Source: DHVE2 group archaeon
GTDB taxonomy: Archaea > Thermoplasmatota > Thermoplasmata > Thermoplasmatales > Aciduliprofundaceae
Direction: 5' to 3'
Length of the DNA stretch: 24,000 nucleotides
Assembly: GCA_026993785.1 (NCBI GenBank)
Contig: JALWRZ010000001.1
Coordinates: forward strand, 17,559-41,558
Of the stretch, positions 1 through 9,114 are shown in pieces. A program made the translations under genes and the position numbers. The notes beneath the pieces are model-generated. The model made no database searches. It was not told where the DNA came from and saw nothing but the letters and a program-made list of their open reading frames with translations. Numbering within the stretch: position 1 is the first letter of the stretch; each line of letters opens with the position of its first letter.

Positions 1-1202
1 ACTATCAACCTCCTTAGTTCCTGAAAGAAGCTGGGATAGGACTTATCAACAACATGGGTATCAAGAATTATGCTCTTTCCCCTGGCACCTAAGGCCGCTA
101 TGCTCATGGCCATCACAATTCGATGATCACCAAAGCTTTTCACCGTGCTTCCGTGCAATCTGCCACCTTCTATCTCCAGACCTTCAGGTAGCTCTTTGAG
201 CTTCACCCCCATACTCCGAAGATTCATTGCCATAGCATGCACCCTGTCACTCTCCTTGAGTCTAAGCTGCTTTCCCGTTATTCTGCTCCTGCCGGGGGCG
301 TAGGCGGCTAATACCGTGAGGATAGGAAAAAGATCAGGATAATCGGTGCAATCTACATGAAGGGCGTGTCTCTCACCCCTTTCAACTTGTATTGAATCTT
401 CGAAGATTTTCACCTCTGCACCGTAATCCCGTAGGATGTCCAATATGGCTGCATCCGCCTGCTTATCTCCCACCTTCAAATTTCGAACCCTCACCCTGCC
501 AAATAGCGCACCCGCAGCCAGAAAAAAGGAAGCGCTGGAGTAATCTCCAGGAATGTAGAGCGTAGTCCCCTTTATTCCAGGCTCCACATATATTCTCGAT
601 TCCTCCCTGCGGTATTTCACGTGGAAATTCTCTATGGTTTTCAGGGTCACCTCTATATAAGGTCTGGATACTGCATTTTCGTATTCTACGGCGAAACCGA
701 GCCTCGAGGCGAGTATGAGCATGGCGGTGACAAACTGCGAGGATTGGGATGCATCCACCTTCACTAGTTCCACGCTCTTATTCACACCTCCATCCACTGC
801 TATGGGTAAAAATTTTCCCTCTATCTTAACTTCCAAATCTTCAAGGGCTTTCACCAGGGGATACATGGGGCGCACCCTCAGTCTTCCTCTTCCATCTATT
901 ACACTCCTGCCCTGGGGAAGCGCGGCTACAGCCAGGGAAATTCTTGCGGTGGTCCCGGATTCTCCTGCAAAGATTTTCCCGGGAGAAAGTTCCTGGGGCG
1001 GATATACTTTATCCCCTTTCAGGACCGCGCCAAATCTCTTTATGGCTTCCATGCTTCTCAGAGTATCTTGAGATTGGAGCTTGCCCATAATCCTGCTCGG
1101 CGAATCAGCGAGGAGTGCGAGAAATAGTGCCCTGTGGGTATAGCTTTTGGATGGAGGTGCCATCACCTCTCCATCAACCTCCCCTGGATGGATGATCTCC
1201 AT
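1..1202 (-). CDS. aroA: 3-phosphoshikimate 1-carboxyvinyltransferase (EPSP synthase); the 3' end runs off the window
   Basis: My own minus-strand translation from the ATG at 1202-1200 gives MEIIHPGEVDGEVMAPPSKSYTHRALFLALL..GESGTTARI..RLRVRPM..DASQSSQF..LKESDRV..GDHRIVMA..VDKSYPSFF. The frame stays open to position 1, so the ORF is absent from the track because there is no stop in the window. It starts 4 nt after the aroK stop. Confidence 0.93.
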   Translation of the reverse strand, partial: MEIIHPGEVDGEVMAPPSKSYTHRALFLALLADSPSRIMGKLQSQDTLRSMEAIKRFGAVLKGDKVYPPQELSPGKIFAGESGTTARISLAVAALPQGRSVIDGRGRLRVRPMYPLVKALEDLEVKIEGKFLPIAVDGGVNKSVELVKVDASQSSQFVTAMLILASRLGFAVEYENAVSRPYIEVTLKTIENFHVKYRREESRIYVEPGIKGTTLYIPGDYSSASFFLAAGALFGRVRVRNLKVGDKQADAAILDILRDYGAEVKIFEDSIQVERGERHALHVDCTDYPDLFPILTVLAAYAPGRSRITGKQLRLKESDRVHAMAMNLRSMGVKLKELPEGLEIEGGRLHGSTVKSFGDHRIVMAMSIAALGARGKSIILDTHVVDKSYPSFFQELRRLI

Positions 1203-1206
1203 TTAA

Positions 1207-2037
1207 TCACCTCAGCTCCGTAATTACTATTTCCCCAAGGGCGCTCCACTCCTCTGCAATTAGCTCTGGGTCGCGGGTTATGGCGAAAAAGGCAGGACCC
1301 TTGCCGCACAATCCCGCAACGGCTTTCATTTCCAAGGCCATCTTTATGGGCTCGGGAGAATAGCCAAGATATGCTGAGTATATCAATCCGTTAAGCACCA
1401 GCGCCCTTCTCCACTCACCATTTGACGCTATCTGAAGAATCTTTTCCACATAGGGTGCGAGAGGCGAGAAATCCATATTCTTGAGATCTTCGCTTAGAAC
1501 CTCCTCCGCAGGTACGAGAAGCACCACAGGTAGCTTTTCCACCTCGCTCCTTGAGATCAGCTCGTCTTTCTTGTTATTTGCGATGCACAGTCCCCCGAGA
1601 TAGGAGGTAGCAGCATCATCCATGGCACCGGTAACGGTTACTCCGCTTCTTCGCGCCGCTTCGACGCTCAATTTCAAGAGTTGCATGGGTGAAATCTGAA
1701 TGTCCATAGCGTTTAGCATGGCTGAAATAAGCGCATTGGCTGCCGCAGAGCTGCTTTTTAACCCTTTGGCCACGGGTATCTCGGATTCGATGGTTCCACG
1801 TACTCCAAAGGACGCCCCTGTAAAGCTCCTGAGGGTATCTACAGCGCCCTTCACCAGGCGTATATCCTGCATTTCTTTGCCTCTCACGGTGATTTTCATT
1901 TCTATTTTCTCTTCATTCAAAATCTCCACATTTGCGTAGGTCCATAGATCTATGGCTATAGCTGCCCCCATTCCTGTGGCAAAGGCGTTTACTACCGTTA
2001 CAGCACTACTGGCTTTTCCTGAGCCTATCAATTGCAA
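1207..2037 (-). CDS. aroK: Archaeal GHMP-superfamily shikimate kinase
   Basis: The N-terminus GSGKASSAVTVVNAFATGMGAAIAIDL and the GHMP motif GLKSSSAAANALISA match the Methanocaldococcus-type shikimate kinase. The position between aroE and aroA fits. The track start at 2037 is TTG. A second in-frame TTG at 2031 sits 7 nt after a GGAGG embedded in the aroE 3' end and is the likelier start. The first in-frame ATG (1971) would delete the conserved N-terminus. Confidence 0.85.
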   Translation of the reverse strand: MQLIGSGKASSAVTVVNAFATGMGAAIAIDLWTYANVEILNEEKIEMKITVRGKEMQDIRLVKGAVDTLRSFTGASFGVRGTIESEIPVAKGLKSSSAAANALISAMLNAMDIQISPMQLLKLSVEAARRSGVTVTGAMDDAATSYLGGLCIANNKKDELISRSEVEKLPVVLLVPAEEVLSEDLKNMDFSPLAPYVEKILQIASNGEWRRALVLNGLIYSAYLGYSPEPIKMALEMKAVAGLCGKGPAFFAITRDPELIAEEWSALGEIVITELR

Positions 2038-2824
2038 CCCTCCTCATAAATGAGATATCCACCTTTATCCCACTCCATAGACGGAAACCTTCTGCACCTT
2101 GGTAGACAAGCATCCAGAGACCATCCACCGTCGTGCACTCTGCCTTCTCTGCGTCCTTTAAAAGCTTTGTGGTAAGTGGACTGTAAACGATGTCCATGAC
2201 AACAAGCTCTTTCCTGAGAAATTCCCGCGGCACTAAGCTATCGTTGCCATTCATACCCACAGGGGTTGCGTTTATAAGAATATCCGCGTCTTTCAATTCT
2301 CTCCTTAAATTATCCTTGGTAAGCTCTCCAACCTCTATCCCGAAATTTTGCAGGGGCAGCGCTTTCCCTATCCTTCGATTCAGCACCGTAACATGTGTGA
2401 ATTTAGCCAGCTCATACGCGATCGACTTGCCGGCACCACCAGCGCCCAGAACCAAAATTCGGGAGTTATTGATTTCTGCGACTCTTTCCAGAGCTTTCCT
2501 GGCACCCACTCCATCGGTATTGTAGCCCACCAGCTTTCCATTCTTGTTTACCACGGTGTTAACGCTTCTTATATTAGAGGCGTCCTCTGAAAGTTCATCT
2601 AAAAGAGGTACTATGGCTTCCTTGTGGGGCATTGTGACATTGAATCCTCTCATAAATATACGTGCGCAGTTTACCGCGACGGGGAGCATCTCTCCTCTAA
2701 CAGGAAATGCAAAGTAGCTCCCCCTTATCCCGTACCTCTTAAAGAGGGCATTGTGGATTACCGGGCTTAAGGTGTGCTCCAGAGGGTAGCCTATTATTCC
2801 GTATAACTGAGGCTCATCCCTCAT
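2006..2824 (-). CDS. aroE: Shikimate 5-dehydrogenase
   Basis: YGIIGYPLEHTLSPVIHN, NVTMPHK, NTD and GAGGAGKSIAYEL (Rossmann) motifs. The track start at 2830 is TTG. The ATG at 2824 is preceded by GGAGG with 7-nt spacing. Confidence 0.92.
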   Translation of the reverse strand: MRDEPQLYGIIGYPLEHTLSPVIHNALFKRYGIRGSYFAFPVRGEMLPVAVNCARIFMRGFNVTMPHKEAIVPLLDELSEDASNIRSVNTVVNKNGKLVGYNTDGVGARKALERVAEINNSRILVLGAGGAGKSIAYELAKFTHVTVLNRRIGKALPLQNFGIEVGELTKDNLRRELKDADILINATPVGMNGNDSLVPREFLRKELVVMDIVYSPLTTKLLKDAEKAECTTVDGLWMLVYQGAEGFRLWSGIKVDISFMRRVAIDRLRKSQ

Positions 2825-3461
2825 ATCCAAGCCTCCTCATCAAATCCCTCATCTCTTGAACACTTAGCTGTCCCGGAGCGGTTTTTAGCGTTAGTGAAGC
2901 ATAGGTAAAAGGAGCAAATAACGCGCTTATCACCCTGGAAATTTTCCCCAGGGGACCCATGCAGAAGGATATTATGTTCCTATATTCCTCGTAAAGCTCC
3001 AATACCCGTAGATTATCGTGAAGTGAGTTGGCCATGCATACTATCTTGGCGATATCGGCACCCTTGCTTTTCGCAAGCTCCACAAAACCTCGAAGCTTTT
3101 CTGAAGAAGGAGTGCCGTGGGACTCATGAATCGAGAGAATAACCCTGGCGCCAAATTCCCTGGCGAGCTTAATTACCTTCGAGGCTATTGCGGAATTGAG
3201 CTCCACATCCACATACGCGGGACGCAGCCTAAGAACCTTTTCATAGATAGCCAACCTTGTTTGGGGGCTTATGCTTCTTATCCCACCCTCTTTTCCGCTC
3301 CTAACTGTGAAAATCAGGGAATCTGCGAAGGGTTTTAGAATCTCAAGTTCTCCCACGTTCTCCATGGCGTCTACCCTTATCTCGTAGAGATCAGCATCGT
3401 ATCCTTTTATAATCTTTACTGCTTCCTCAGGATTTTTCGCCACCACTACCCCTGCTATCAT
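2814..3461 (-). CDS. aroD: 3-dehydroquinate dehydratase, type I
   Basis: 215 aa. Type I DHQase-like sequence (EIRVD.., SIHESHGTP, GADIAKIVCMANS with the Schiff-base Lys context). ATGA overlap with the aroB stop. Confidence 0.88.
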   Translation of the reverse strand: MIAGVVVAKNPEEAVKIIKGYDADLYEIRVDAMENVGELEILKPFADSLIFTVRSGKEGGIRSISPQTRLAIYEKVLRLRPAYVDVELNSAIASKVIKLAREFGARVILSIHESHGTPSSEKLRGFVELAKSKGADIAKIVCMANSLHDNLRVLELYEEYRNIISFCMGPLGKISRVISALFAPFTYASLTLKTAPGQLSVQEMRDLMRRLGYEG

Positions 3462-4450
3462 TTGAACACCTTCTCCAGCGCTCTTTTTATCACCTCTTCT
3501 CCTACGATTTCCACCCTTACATTCCCTATCTCCACGGGCACAACGAAAACTATTTTGCCGTACCAGAATTTTTTATCTCCCCTTAGTTCTCTCAACACTT
3601 CTTGTGGGGATGCCGGATACCCCGTAGGAAGACGAAATCGATGAAGCATTGCTTCCACCTTTCCAGCATCGAAGCCATACAGCATCTCTCCTACCAAAGC
3701 GGCCACAAGTAAACCTACAGACACTGCAAATCCATGCTTAATTCTGTAGTTTGAGAGCTTCTCTAGGGCATGGGCCACTGTGTGCCCAAGATTTAACACT
3801 CTCCTCTTACCCTCTTCTCTCATATCCTCCCTCACTATTTTCAACTTGAAATTCACGCACGCCTCTATTATATCCCTCCTGAGAGCTTCCATGGGATCAT
3901 CTATGTCTTGGAGAAATCGGTAGACTGTGGAATCCAAAATTGCATACTTGGCTATTTCTCCCAGACCATTGAGCAGTTCCTCTTGAGGAAGCGTTTTCAA
4001 AGTTTCTGGAGCAATGAGCACGAAGTTCGCCGGATAAAAAGTGCCGAGCATGTTCTTTCCATAGAAATTCACCCCCGTTTTACCGCCTATGGCTGCGTCA
4101 ATCTGTGCCAGAAGCGTGGTGGGCACCAACCCCAGGTATGTGCCCCGCATATAGATGGATGATACGAACCCTGCCAGGTCAGTTATCACTCCACCTCCAA
4201 CGCCTATCAAGAGAGATTTCCTTGTAAACTCCATTTCTCTGAGAATCTTCCATATGTACATGGCACTTTCTATGCTCTTGTATCTCTCTCCGTCGGGAAT
4301 TGCTATCACAGGAGCCTCCTTGTATTTCAGTATCTCTCCCATCCACAATTCCTTGAGGATATTGTTGGTTAGGAACGCCACCTTATAGGGTTTCAGCGAA
4401 TTAATTAGCGAGGAAAGATGCAAGAGAGAGCCGAATACTACCCTTTCCAT
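3458..4450 (-). CDS. aroB: 3-dehydroquinate synthase (canonical AroB type)
   Basis: GVGGGVITDLAGFVSSIYMRGTYLGLVPTTLLAQIDAAIGGKTGVN and the HTVAHALE metal-binding region. 330 aa. Confidence 0.92.
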   Translation of the reverse strand: MERVVFGSLLHLSSLINSLKPYKVAFLTNNILKELWMGEILKYKEAPVIAIPDGERYKSIESAMYIWKILREMEFTRKSLLIGVGGGVITDLAGFVSSIYMRGTYLGLVPTTLLAQIDAAIGGKTGVNFYGKNMLGTFYPANFVLIAPETLKTLPQEELLNGLGEIAKYAILDSTVYRFLQDIDDPMEALRRDIIEACVNFKLKIVREDMREEGKRRVLNLGHTVAHALEKLSNYRIKHGFAVSVGLLVAALVGEMLYGFDAGKVEAMLHRFRLPTGYPASPQEVLRELRGDKKFWYGKIVFVVPVEIGNVRVEIVGEEVIKRALEKVFK

Positions 4451-5232
4451 CCCAGGGCCTCCAGTTCCTTTAGCAACCCTTTGAATTCCTGAAAATTCAA
4501 TTGTTGCGCTGAGTCAGAAAGCGCTTTTTCCGGCTGGGGATGGACTTCAACCATTATCCCGTGGGCACCAACAGCGTAGGCTGCCTTGGCAAGGGGAGCC
4601 ACGAGGGATCTCTTCCCTGCAGGGTGGGATGGGTCCACTATGATGGGCAGATGCGACATCTCCTTCACCACAGGCACAGCCGCAATGTCCAGGGTGAAAC
4701 GGGTCTCCGGTTCAAAGGTTCTTATACCTCTTTCGCATAGTATAACCTTCTCGTTTCCCTCGTTGAGGATGTATTCTGCAGAATAGAGAAGTTCCTTTAT
4801 GGTGTTCCCGAATCCCCGCTTGAGCACCGCGGGTCTATCGCATTTTCCAATAGCCCTTAATAGCTCGTAATTCTGGGAATTTCTTGAGCCTATTTGCAGG
4901 ATATCAGCGTACTGGGCAACAAGCTCCACATCTCTGGAGTTCAGAACCTCCGTGATGGTAAGCAGTCCATACTCATCAGCGGCTCTTCTCAGAAGTTTGA
5001 GTCCCTCTTTTCCCAGGCCTTGAAATGAATAGGGCGAGGTTCTTGGCTTGTAGGCTCCACCTCTAAGAATCTTTATTCCCATTTCCGCTAGAAACTCCGC
5101 CACCATCATAATCTGCTCTTCATTTTCCACGGCACATGGACCGGCCATTATTGTGAAATCTTTGCCTATCTTAACGCCGTCCACCTCCACAATACTCTCC
5201 TTTTTATATTCTCTGCTAAATTTTGGAATCAT
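4438..5232 (-). CDS. aroF: 3-deoxy-7-phosphoheptulonate (DAHP) synthase, class I-beta (KDO8PS-like, no regulatory extension)
   Basis: 264 aa. IMAGPCAVENEEQ, ILRGGAYKPRTSPYSFQGLG, KRG and IVDPSHPAGKR motifs typical of Thermotoga/Pyrococcus-type DAHPS. Confidence 0.9.
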   Translation of the reverse strand: MIPKFSREYKKESIVEVDGVKIGKDFTIMAGPCAVENEEQIMMVAEFLAEMGIKILRGGAYKPRTSPYSFQGLGKEGLKLLRRAADEYGLLTITEVLNSRDVELVAQYADILQIGSRNSQNYELLRAIGKCDRPAVLKRGFGNTIKELLYSAEYILNEGNEKVILCERGIRTFEPETRFTLDIAAVPVVKEMSHLPIIVDPSHPAGKRSLVAPLAKAAYAVGAHGIMVEVHPQPEKALSDSAQQLNFQEFKGLLKELEALGWKG

Positions 5233-5987
5233 GACATCGCCTCCACAACAATGAGCTTTATTCCATGGTTTCCATCATCCGGTGTCTCCAAAGCCCGGGA
5301 TAGCTCTTCATCTCCCACGCATATAATCCTGCATCCTTCAGCGCTTAGCTTCTCCAGCAACTTTTCTCCAATCTTTCCACGTTCCACGATGATGAAAAGA
5401 TTATCCATGCTCTTCACTGTGGGGATAGAAAGCAGATTTCCATCAACACTACTCAATAAAAGGAAGATCCTGCCCTCTGAGCCATCGAGTTTGGTCGCGA
5501 GCGCAAGTTTCCGTGCAAGTCTTATCTTCTCTTCTATGGAAGCGAAGGAGAGTTTTAGAACTCCGGGAATCTCCATTAAATCCACGTCGCTGAGATGTAC
5601 TCTGTGATCCAGAAGAAGAATGTCCTTCTCTCTCTTGTGTCTGAGCAAAATTTCAACAAGCTTTTTTTCCTCGCTGACATTTTTCCTCTTTTCCATAAGG
5701 TGGAGAACAAGTTTTCCATGGGGTGTGAGACGCACGGGCTTGGATTCCTCCTTGGTGCCGTACTCTATGAGCCCTAGATCTTTCAGGATTCTTGCATTGA
5801 GCTTCAATGTTGAAAGGGGTCTGTTCTCTTTTCTACTCAGCTTTTCGAGAAATGCATTGAGCGAAGTCCCCTGATCGTTGAGATTTCTAAGAATTAACCT
5901 TTGATTGTTGTTCAAAGCTCTCAAAATTAGCTTGCGGAGAATATCATCTCCGCCAGGTTCGACTAATATTGGTTCGGCATCACCCAT
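5229..5987 (-). CDS. Winged-HTH (ArsR/MarR-like) DNA-binding protein with an uncharacterised C-terminal domain of about 150 aa; first gene of the aro operon
   Basis: wHTH-like segment: ILRALNNNQRLILRNLNDQGTSLNAFLEKLSRKENRPLSTLKLNARILKDLGLIEY. The stop overlaps the DAHPS ATG (ATGA at 5229-5232). The track start at 6104 is TTG and lies directly against a TATA-like element at 6103-6115. The first in-frame ATG is at 5987, preceded by GGTGA. The start is uncertain (5987 versus 6053 or 6104). Confidence 0.6.
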   Translation of the reverse strand: MGDAEPILVEPGGDDILRKLILRALNNNQRLILRNLNDQGTSLNAFLEKLSRKENRPLSTLKLNARILKDLGLIEYGTKEESKPVRLTPHGKLVLHLMEKRKNVSEEKKLVEILLRHKREKDILLLDHRVHLSDVDLMEIPGVLKLSFASIEEKIRLARKLALATKLDGSEGRIFLLLSSVDGNLLSIPTVKSMDNLFIIVERGKIGEKLLEKLSAEGCRIICVGDEELSRALETPDDGNHGIKLIVVEAMS

Positions 5988-6102
5988 TGGCGGGACTTCA
6001 CCGGTTTGTACTCCATAAATTGACTGGACATCACCATCACCAGAGATGCACAATACTTTTACTATTATAAACCTTTGGACATTTAGACCTAACCACCTGC
6101 AC

Positions 6103-6115
6103 AAATATTTAAATT
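6103..6115. promoter_or_regulatory. Near-palindromic TATA-like element (aaatatttaaatt) in the divergent regulator/MATE intergenic region
   Basis: An AT-only 13-mer lies about 45 nt upstream of the MATE start. A second TATA-like TTTATAAT (minus-strand reading of 6064-6071) could serve the aro operon. Confidence 0.4.
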
Positions 6116-6151
6116 CCTGCCGGATTTACCTGCACCAAGAATATTCATGGT

Positions 6152-7543
6152 GTGGATATGGAAGAAAAGGTGCGTCGCAATGTAGCGCTTCTTCTTGGCG
6201 ATCCGCGTAAAGCGATTATAAGGCTCTCCATACCCATGATGATAGGGGGTATGGTCCAGACCCTTTATAGCTTCGTGGATGGGATATGGGTATCAGGCGT
6301 GGGTCCAGATGCCCTGGCAGCGGTGGGACTTTTCATGCCCTTCATGATGATTCTCTCCGCTATAGCCATGGGCATCGGGGTTGGAGGAAGCTCGGCCATA
6401 TCCCGTGCAATCGGGGCCAGGAATAAAAAACGCGCAAGCAACGTTGCGGAGCATACGCTCTTAGCCGGTACGGTAATAGGCACGGTTATAGGCTATTCCT
6501 TCCTCCCATTTCTTCACGGGATTTTTATTTCCATGGGTGCAGGGAAGAATGTAGCAGCCCTTGCCCATTCCTACGGAATGGTCATCATACTGGGCTCGCC
6601 CCTCATCTTCATGTCAAGCTTGGGAAACGCTATTCTGCGAGGTGAAGGAGATACCAAAAGAGCCATGTACATCATGCTCATAAGCTCGGTGCTCAACATG
6701 GTGCTCGACCCCATTTTCATCTTCACCCTTGGACTTGGTGTGGTGGGTGCTGCTATAGCTACCATGCTCTCCATAGGTGTGTCCGCTACCGTTATCCTTT
6801 ACTGGATCTTAGTTAGACGGGATACCTATGTGCAGCTTCGACTTCGCTATTTTCGCAGAAACTGGGATATTCTCCGGGAGATATTCGCTGTGGGTGTGCC
6901 TTCCTCCCTCTCTCAGATATCCATGTCCCTCACCATGATAGTTCTTAACACCATCGTTCTTATGGCAGGTGGAGATTATGGAATGGCCATTTTTTCGGGA
7001 GGATGGAGAATCGTGATGCTTGCCACTGTGCCCATCATGGGCCTGGCAGCCTCGGTAACCAGCGTAACGGGTGCAGCTTTCGGGGCAAAGAATGGAGAGA
7101 AACTTAAAATCGCCTATCTTTACGCTGTTAAGGTGGGGGCCTTGATAGGTCTGATTACCGGTATCCTGTTGTGGATTTTTGCCCCGCAGCTTACATATCT
7201 CTTTACCTATTCTGGAGATTCCAGTACCCTAGCTCCCGGCATTGTACAGTTTCTACGCTACATCGTCTTTTATTTTCCGGGTATGGCTGCAGGAATGCTC
7301 ACCTCAAGCATGTTTCGAGGCATTGGAAAGGGGATGTATTCTCTGGCCCAAAATATACTCAGGACCATAGTGATGCAGATTTCCTTCACCTATCTTCTAG
7401 GCATAGTTTTTAAATTGGGACTTTCAGGCATATGGATCGGAATTGTAACGGCCAATTTGATTGCCGCTGTCGTGGGACTTCTCTGGGGGGTACATACGGT
7501 TAAAAAATATCAAGCTCTCTGGGAAAAAGAGCATCTCTCATAA
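6152..7543 (+). CDS. MATE-family multidrug/Na+ efflux transporter
   Basis: 463 aa with about 12 predicted TM segments. The N-terminus LLGDPRKAIIRLSIPMMIGGMVQTLYSFVDGIWVSGVG is typical of MATE (NorM/DinF-like) proteins. The track start is GTG at 6152, and ATG at 6158 is equally possible. Confidence 0.88.
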   Translation: MDMEEKVRRNVALLLGDPRKAIIRLSIPMMIGGMVQTLYSFVDGIWVSGVGPDALAAVGLFMPFMMILSAIAMGIGVGGSSAISRAIGARNKKRASNVAEHTLLAGTVIGTVIGYSFLPFLHGIFISMGAGKNVAALAHSYGMVIILGSPLIFMSSLGNAILRGEGDTKRAMYIMLISSVLNMVLDPIFIFTLGLGVVGAAIATMLSIGVSATVILYWILVRRDTYVQLRLRYFRRNWDILREIFAVGVPSSLSQISMSLTMIVLNTIVLMAGGDYGMAIFSGGWRIVMLATVPIMGLAASVTSVTGAAFGAKNGEKLKIAYLYAVKVGALIGLITGILLWIFAPQLTYLFTYSGDSSTLAPGIVQFLRYIVFYFPGMAAGMLTSSMFRGIGKGMYSLAQNILRTIVMQISFTYLLGIVFKLGLSGIWIGIVTANLIAAVVGLLWGVHTVKKYQALWEKEHLS

Positions 7544-9082
7544 TTTCTTTGCCATATACGGCCCTAATCTTTCGTATCCCAACTTACGGTAATAGTTGCG
7601 TACCCCGATTCCGCTTATAACAACAATACGAGTCACGCCCCACTCTTCCTTGGCAATTCTTTCTGCCTCACTCATTAATTGGCTTCCCATTCCCTTATGC
7701 TGCCACGCATCCTTCTCGCGCATTCCCACAGGAACCTCACGTCCAAATACCTTAACCTCCCGCACGACAGCTGCGTCGCGCATCTCCGGGCGATGGGCAT
7801 ATTCACTGGGCAATCTCAGTCGTAGATAGGCAGCAATGGAATCATAATCCGTATCCTCCATAGAGAGGAAAACTTCCTGGCCTTTAGAGGCAGAGTAATC
7901 CCTACGTACCATCTCAAAATTTTCGCCGCCTCTTCTTCCAACTTCTCTGCATCTTATGCATCTGCATCTAAGCCCTCTCTTCTCCATCTCTCTCTGAACT
8001 ATTGCCCTCAAATCTCCCTTTTTAACTCCCGCTTCTATGAATTTTGCAGGGATATCCCTTTGAATTCTCTGAATCCTTATCCAAGGGGGAACTATACTCT
8101 TAATTCTGATAAGAAGTTCTATCATCTCCTCAAGGGAATAAGGCTCATACTCACCTCTCTTCCACATCTCGTATAATTCTGTGCCCTTGACAACTAGGGT
8201 TGGATATATCTTTAGCATATCCGGTCGGAAATCAGGGTCCTCGAAGATTCTCTTGAATGCCTGGAAATCCCGCTCTATGTTGCTTCCCGGCAGTCCCGGC
8301 ATCATGTGATAATTTATTTTGAAGCCCGCATCCTTGGCTAGACGTGTTGCTATTATGCTCTCCCTCACTCCATGCCCCCTCTTAACCTTCTCAAGAATAT
8401 CATCGTATATCGTTTGGATCCCCAGCTCCACACGGGTTGCACCCAGGTAAAGGGAAAAATCTATCTCCTTCTCCATGAACCAATCGGGACGGGTCTCTAC
8501 AGTTAGCCCGATGCACCTGTTTTTTGCATCCTCGTTAATCAACTGTGCTTCTTTCAGGTTCCTAGCATCCACACTATTCATGGCATCAAAGGCACGTTTT
8601 ACAAACCATTCTTGGTATCTCCGAGGTCTCGCGGTGAACGTGCCACCCATTATTATAAGGTCTATCTTATCCGTGGGATGCCCTATAGAGTTTAACTGCT
8701 CTATCCTCGCCTTGGTCTGTTCATATGGATCGAAATTGTATTGTGCTGCCCTTAACGCCGCTGGCTCGTAACCTGTATAACTTTGTGCTGTTCCCTTATC
8801 CGGACCTCCAGGACAGTATATACATTTTCCATGGGGGCATGGGAATGGAGAGGTCATTATAGCTACGATGGCCACACCACTCAAGGTTCTAGATGGCTTT
8901 TTCACCAAAATATGCCGGTATTTCTCCACAATATCCTCAGGTAAGTTTTTCAAAAGCTCCGAGTTGCGAGGATTTGGCATCCTGTACTTCTTAGCGATCC
9001 TGCTCTTCCATCTCTCTAAATCCTCCTTGGTTTTTATCTTTCCTTCTCGAAATATGGCAGCTATGTCTTCGTAGAAACCCAC
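7538..9082 (-). CDS. elp3: Elp3-type radical-SAM/GNAT tRNA U34 carboxymethyl-modification enzyme
   Basis: 514 aa. Radical-SAM cysteine cluster CPHGKCIYCPGG, ETRPD, and a C-terminal GNAT domain (QHKGMGSQLMSEAERIA). GTG start at 9082. Confidence 0.92.
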   Translation of the reverse strand: MGFYEDIAAIFREGKIKTKEDLERWKSRIAKKYRMPNPRNSELLKNLPEDIVEKYRHILVKKPSRTLSGVAIVAIMTSPFPCPHGKCIYCPGGPDKGTAQSYTGYEPAALRAAQYNFDPYEQTKARIEQLNSIGHPTDKIDLIIMGGTFTARPRRYQEWFVKRAFDAMNSVDARNLKEAQLINEDAKNRCIGLTVETRPDWFMEKEIDFSLYLGATRVELGIQTIYDDILEKVKRGHGVRESIIATRLAKDAGFKINYHMMPGLPGSNIERDFQAFKRIFEDPDFRPDMLKIYPTLVVKGTELYEMWKRGEYEPYSLEEMIELLIRIKSIVPPWIRIQRIQRDIPAKFIEAGVKKGDLRAIVQREMEKRGLRCRCIRCREVGRRGGENFEMVRRDYSASKGQEVFLSMEDTDYDSIAAYLRLRLPSEYAHRPEMRDAAVVREVKVFGREVPVGMREKDAWQHKGMGSQLMSEAERIAKEEWGVTRIVVISGIGVRNYYRKLGYERLGPYMAKKL

Positions 9083-9103
9083 AGAATGGGCTATACCTTC
9101 TCA

Positions 9104-9111
9104 TTTTTTAA
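9104..9111 (-). promoter_or_regulatory. TATA box for elp3 (TTAAAAAA on the minus strand), about 25 nt upstream of the GTG start, implying a leaderless or near-leaderless mRNA
   Basis: Sequence and spacing only. Confidence 0.45.
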
Positions 9112-9114
9112 CCT

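Noticed and set aside
715-1071. 118-aa plus-strand ORF
   Set aside because: It is antisense to the well-supported aroA reading frame, with no motif, no promoter and no SD. It is a shadow ORF.
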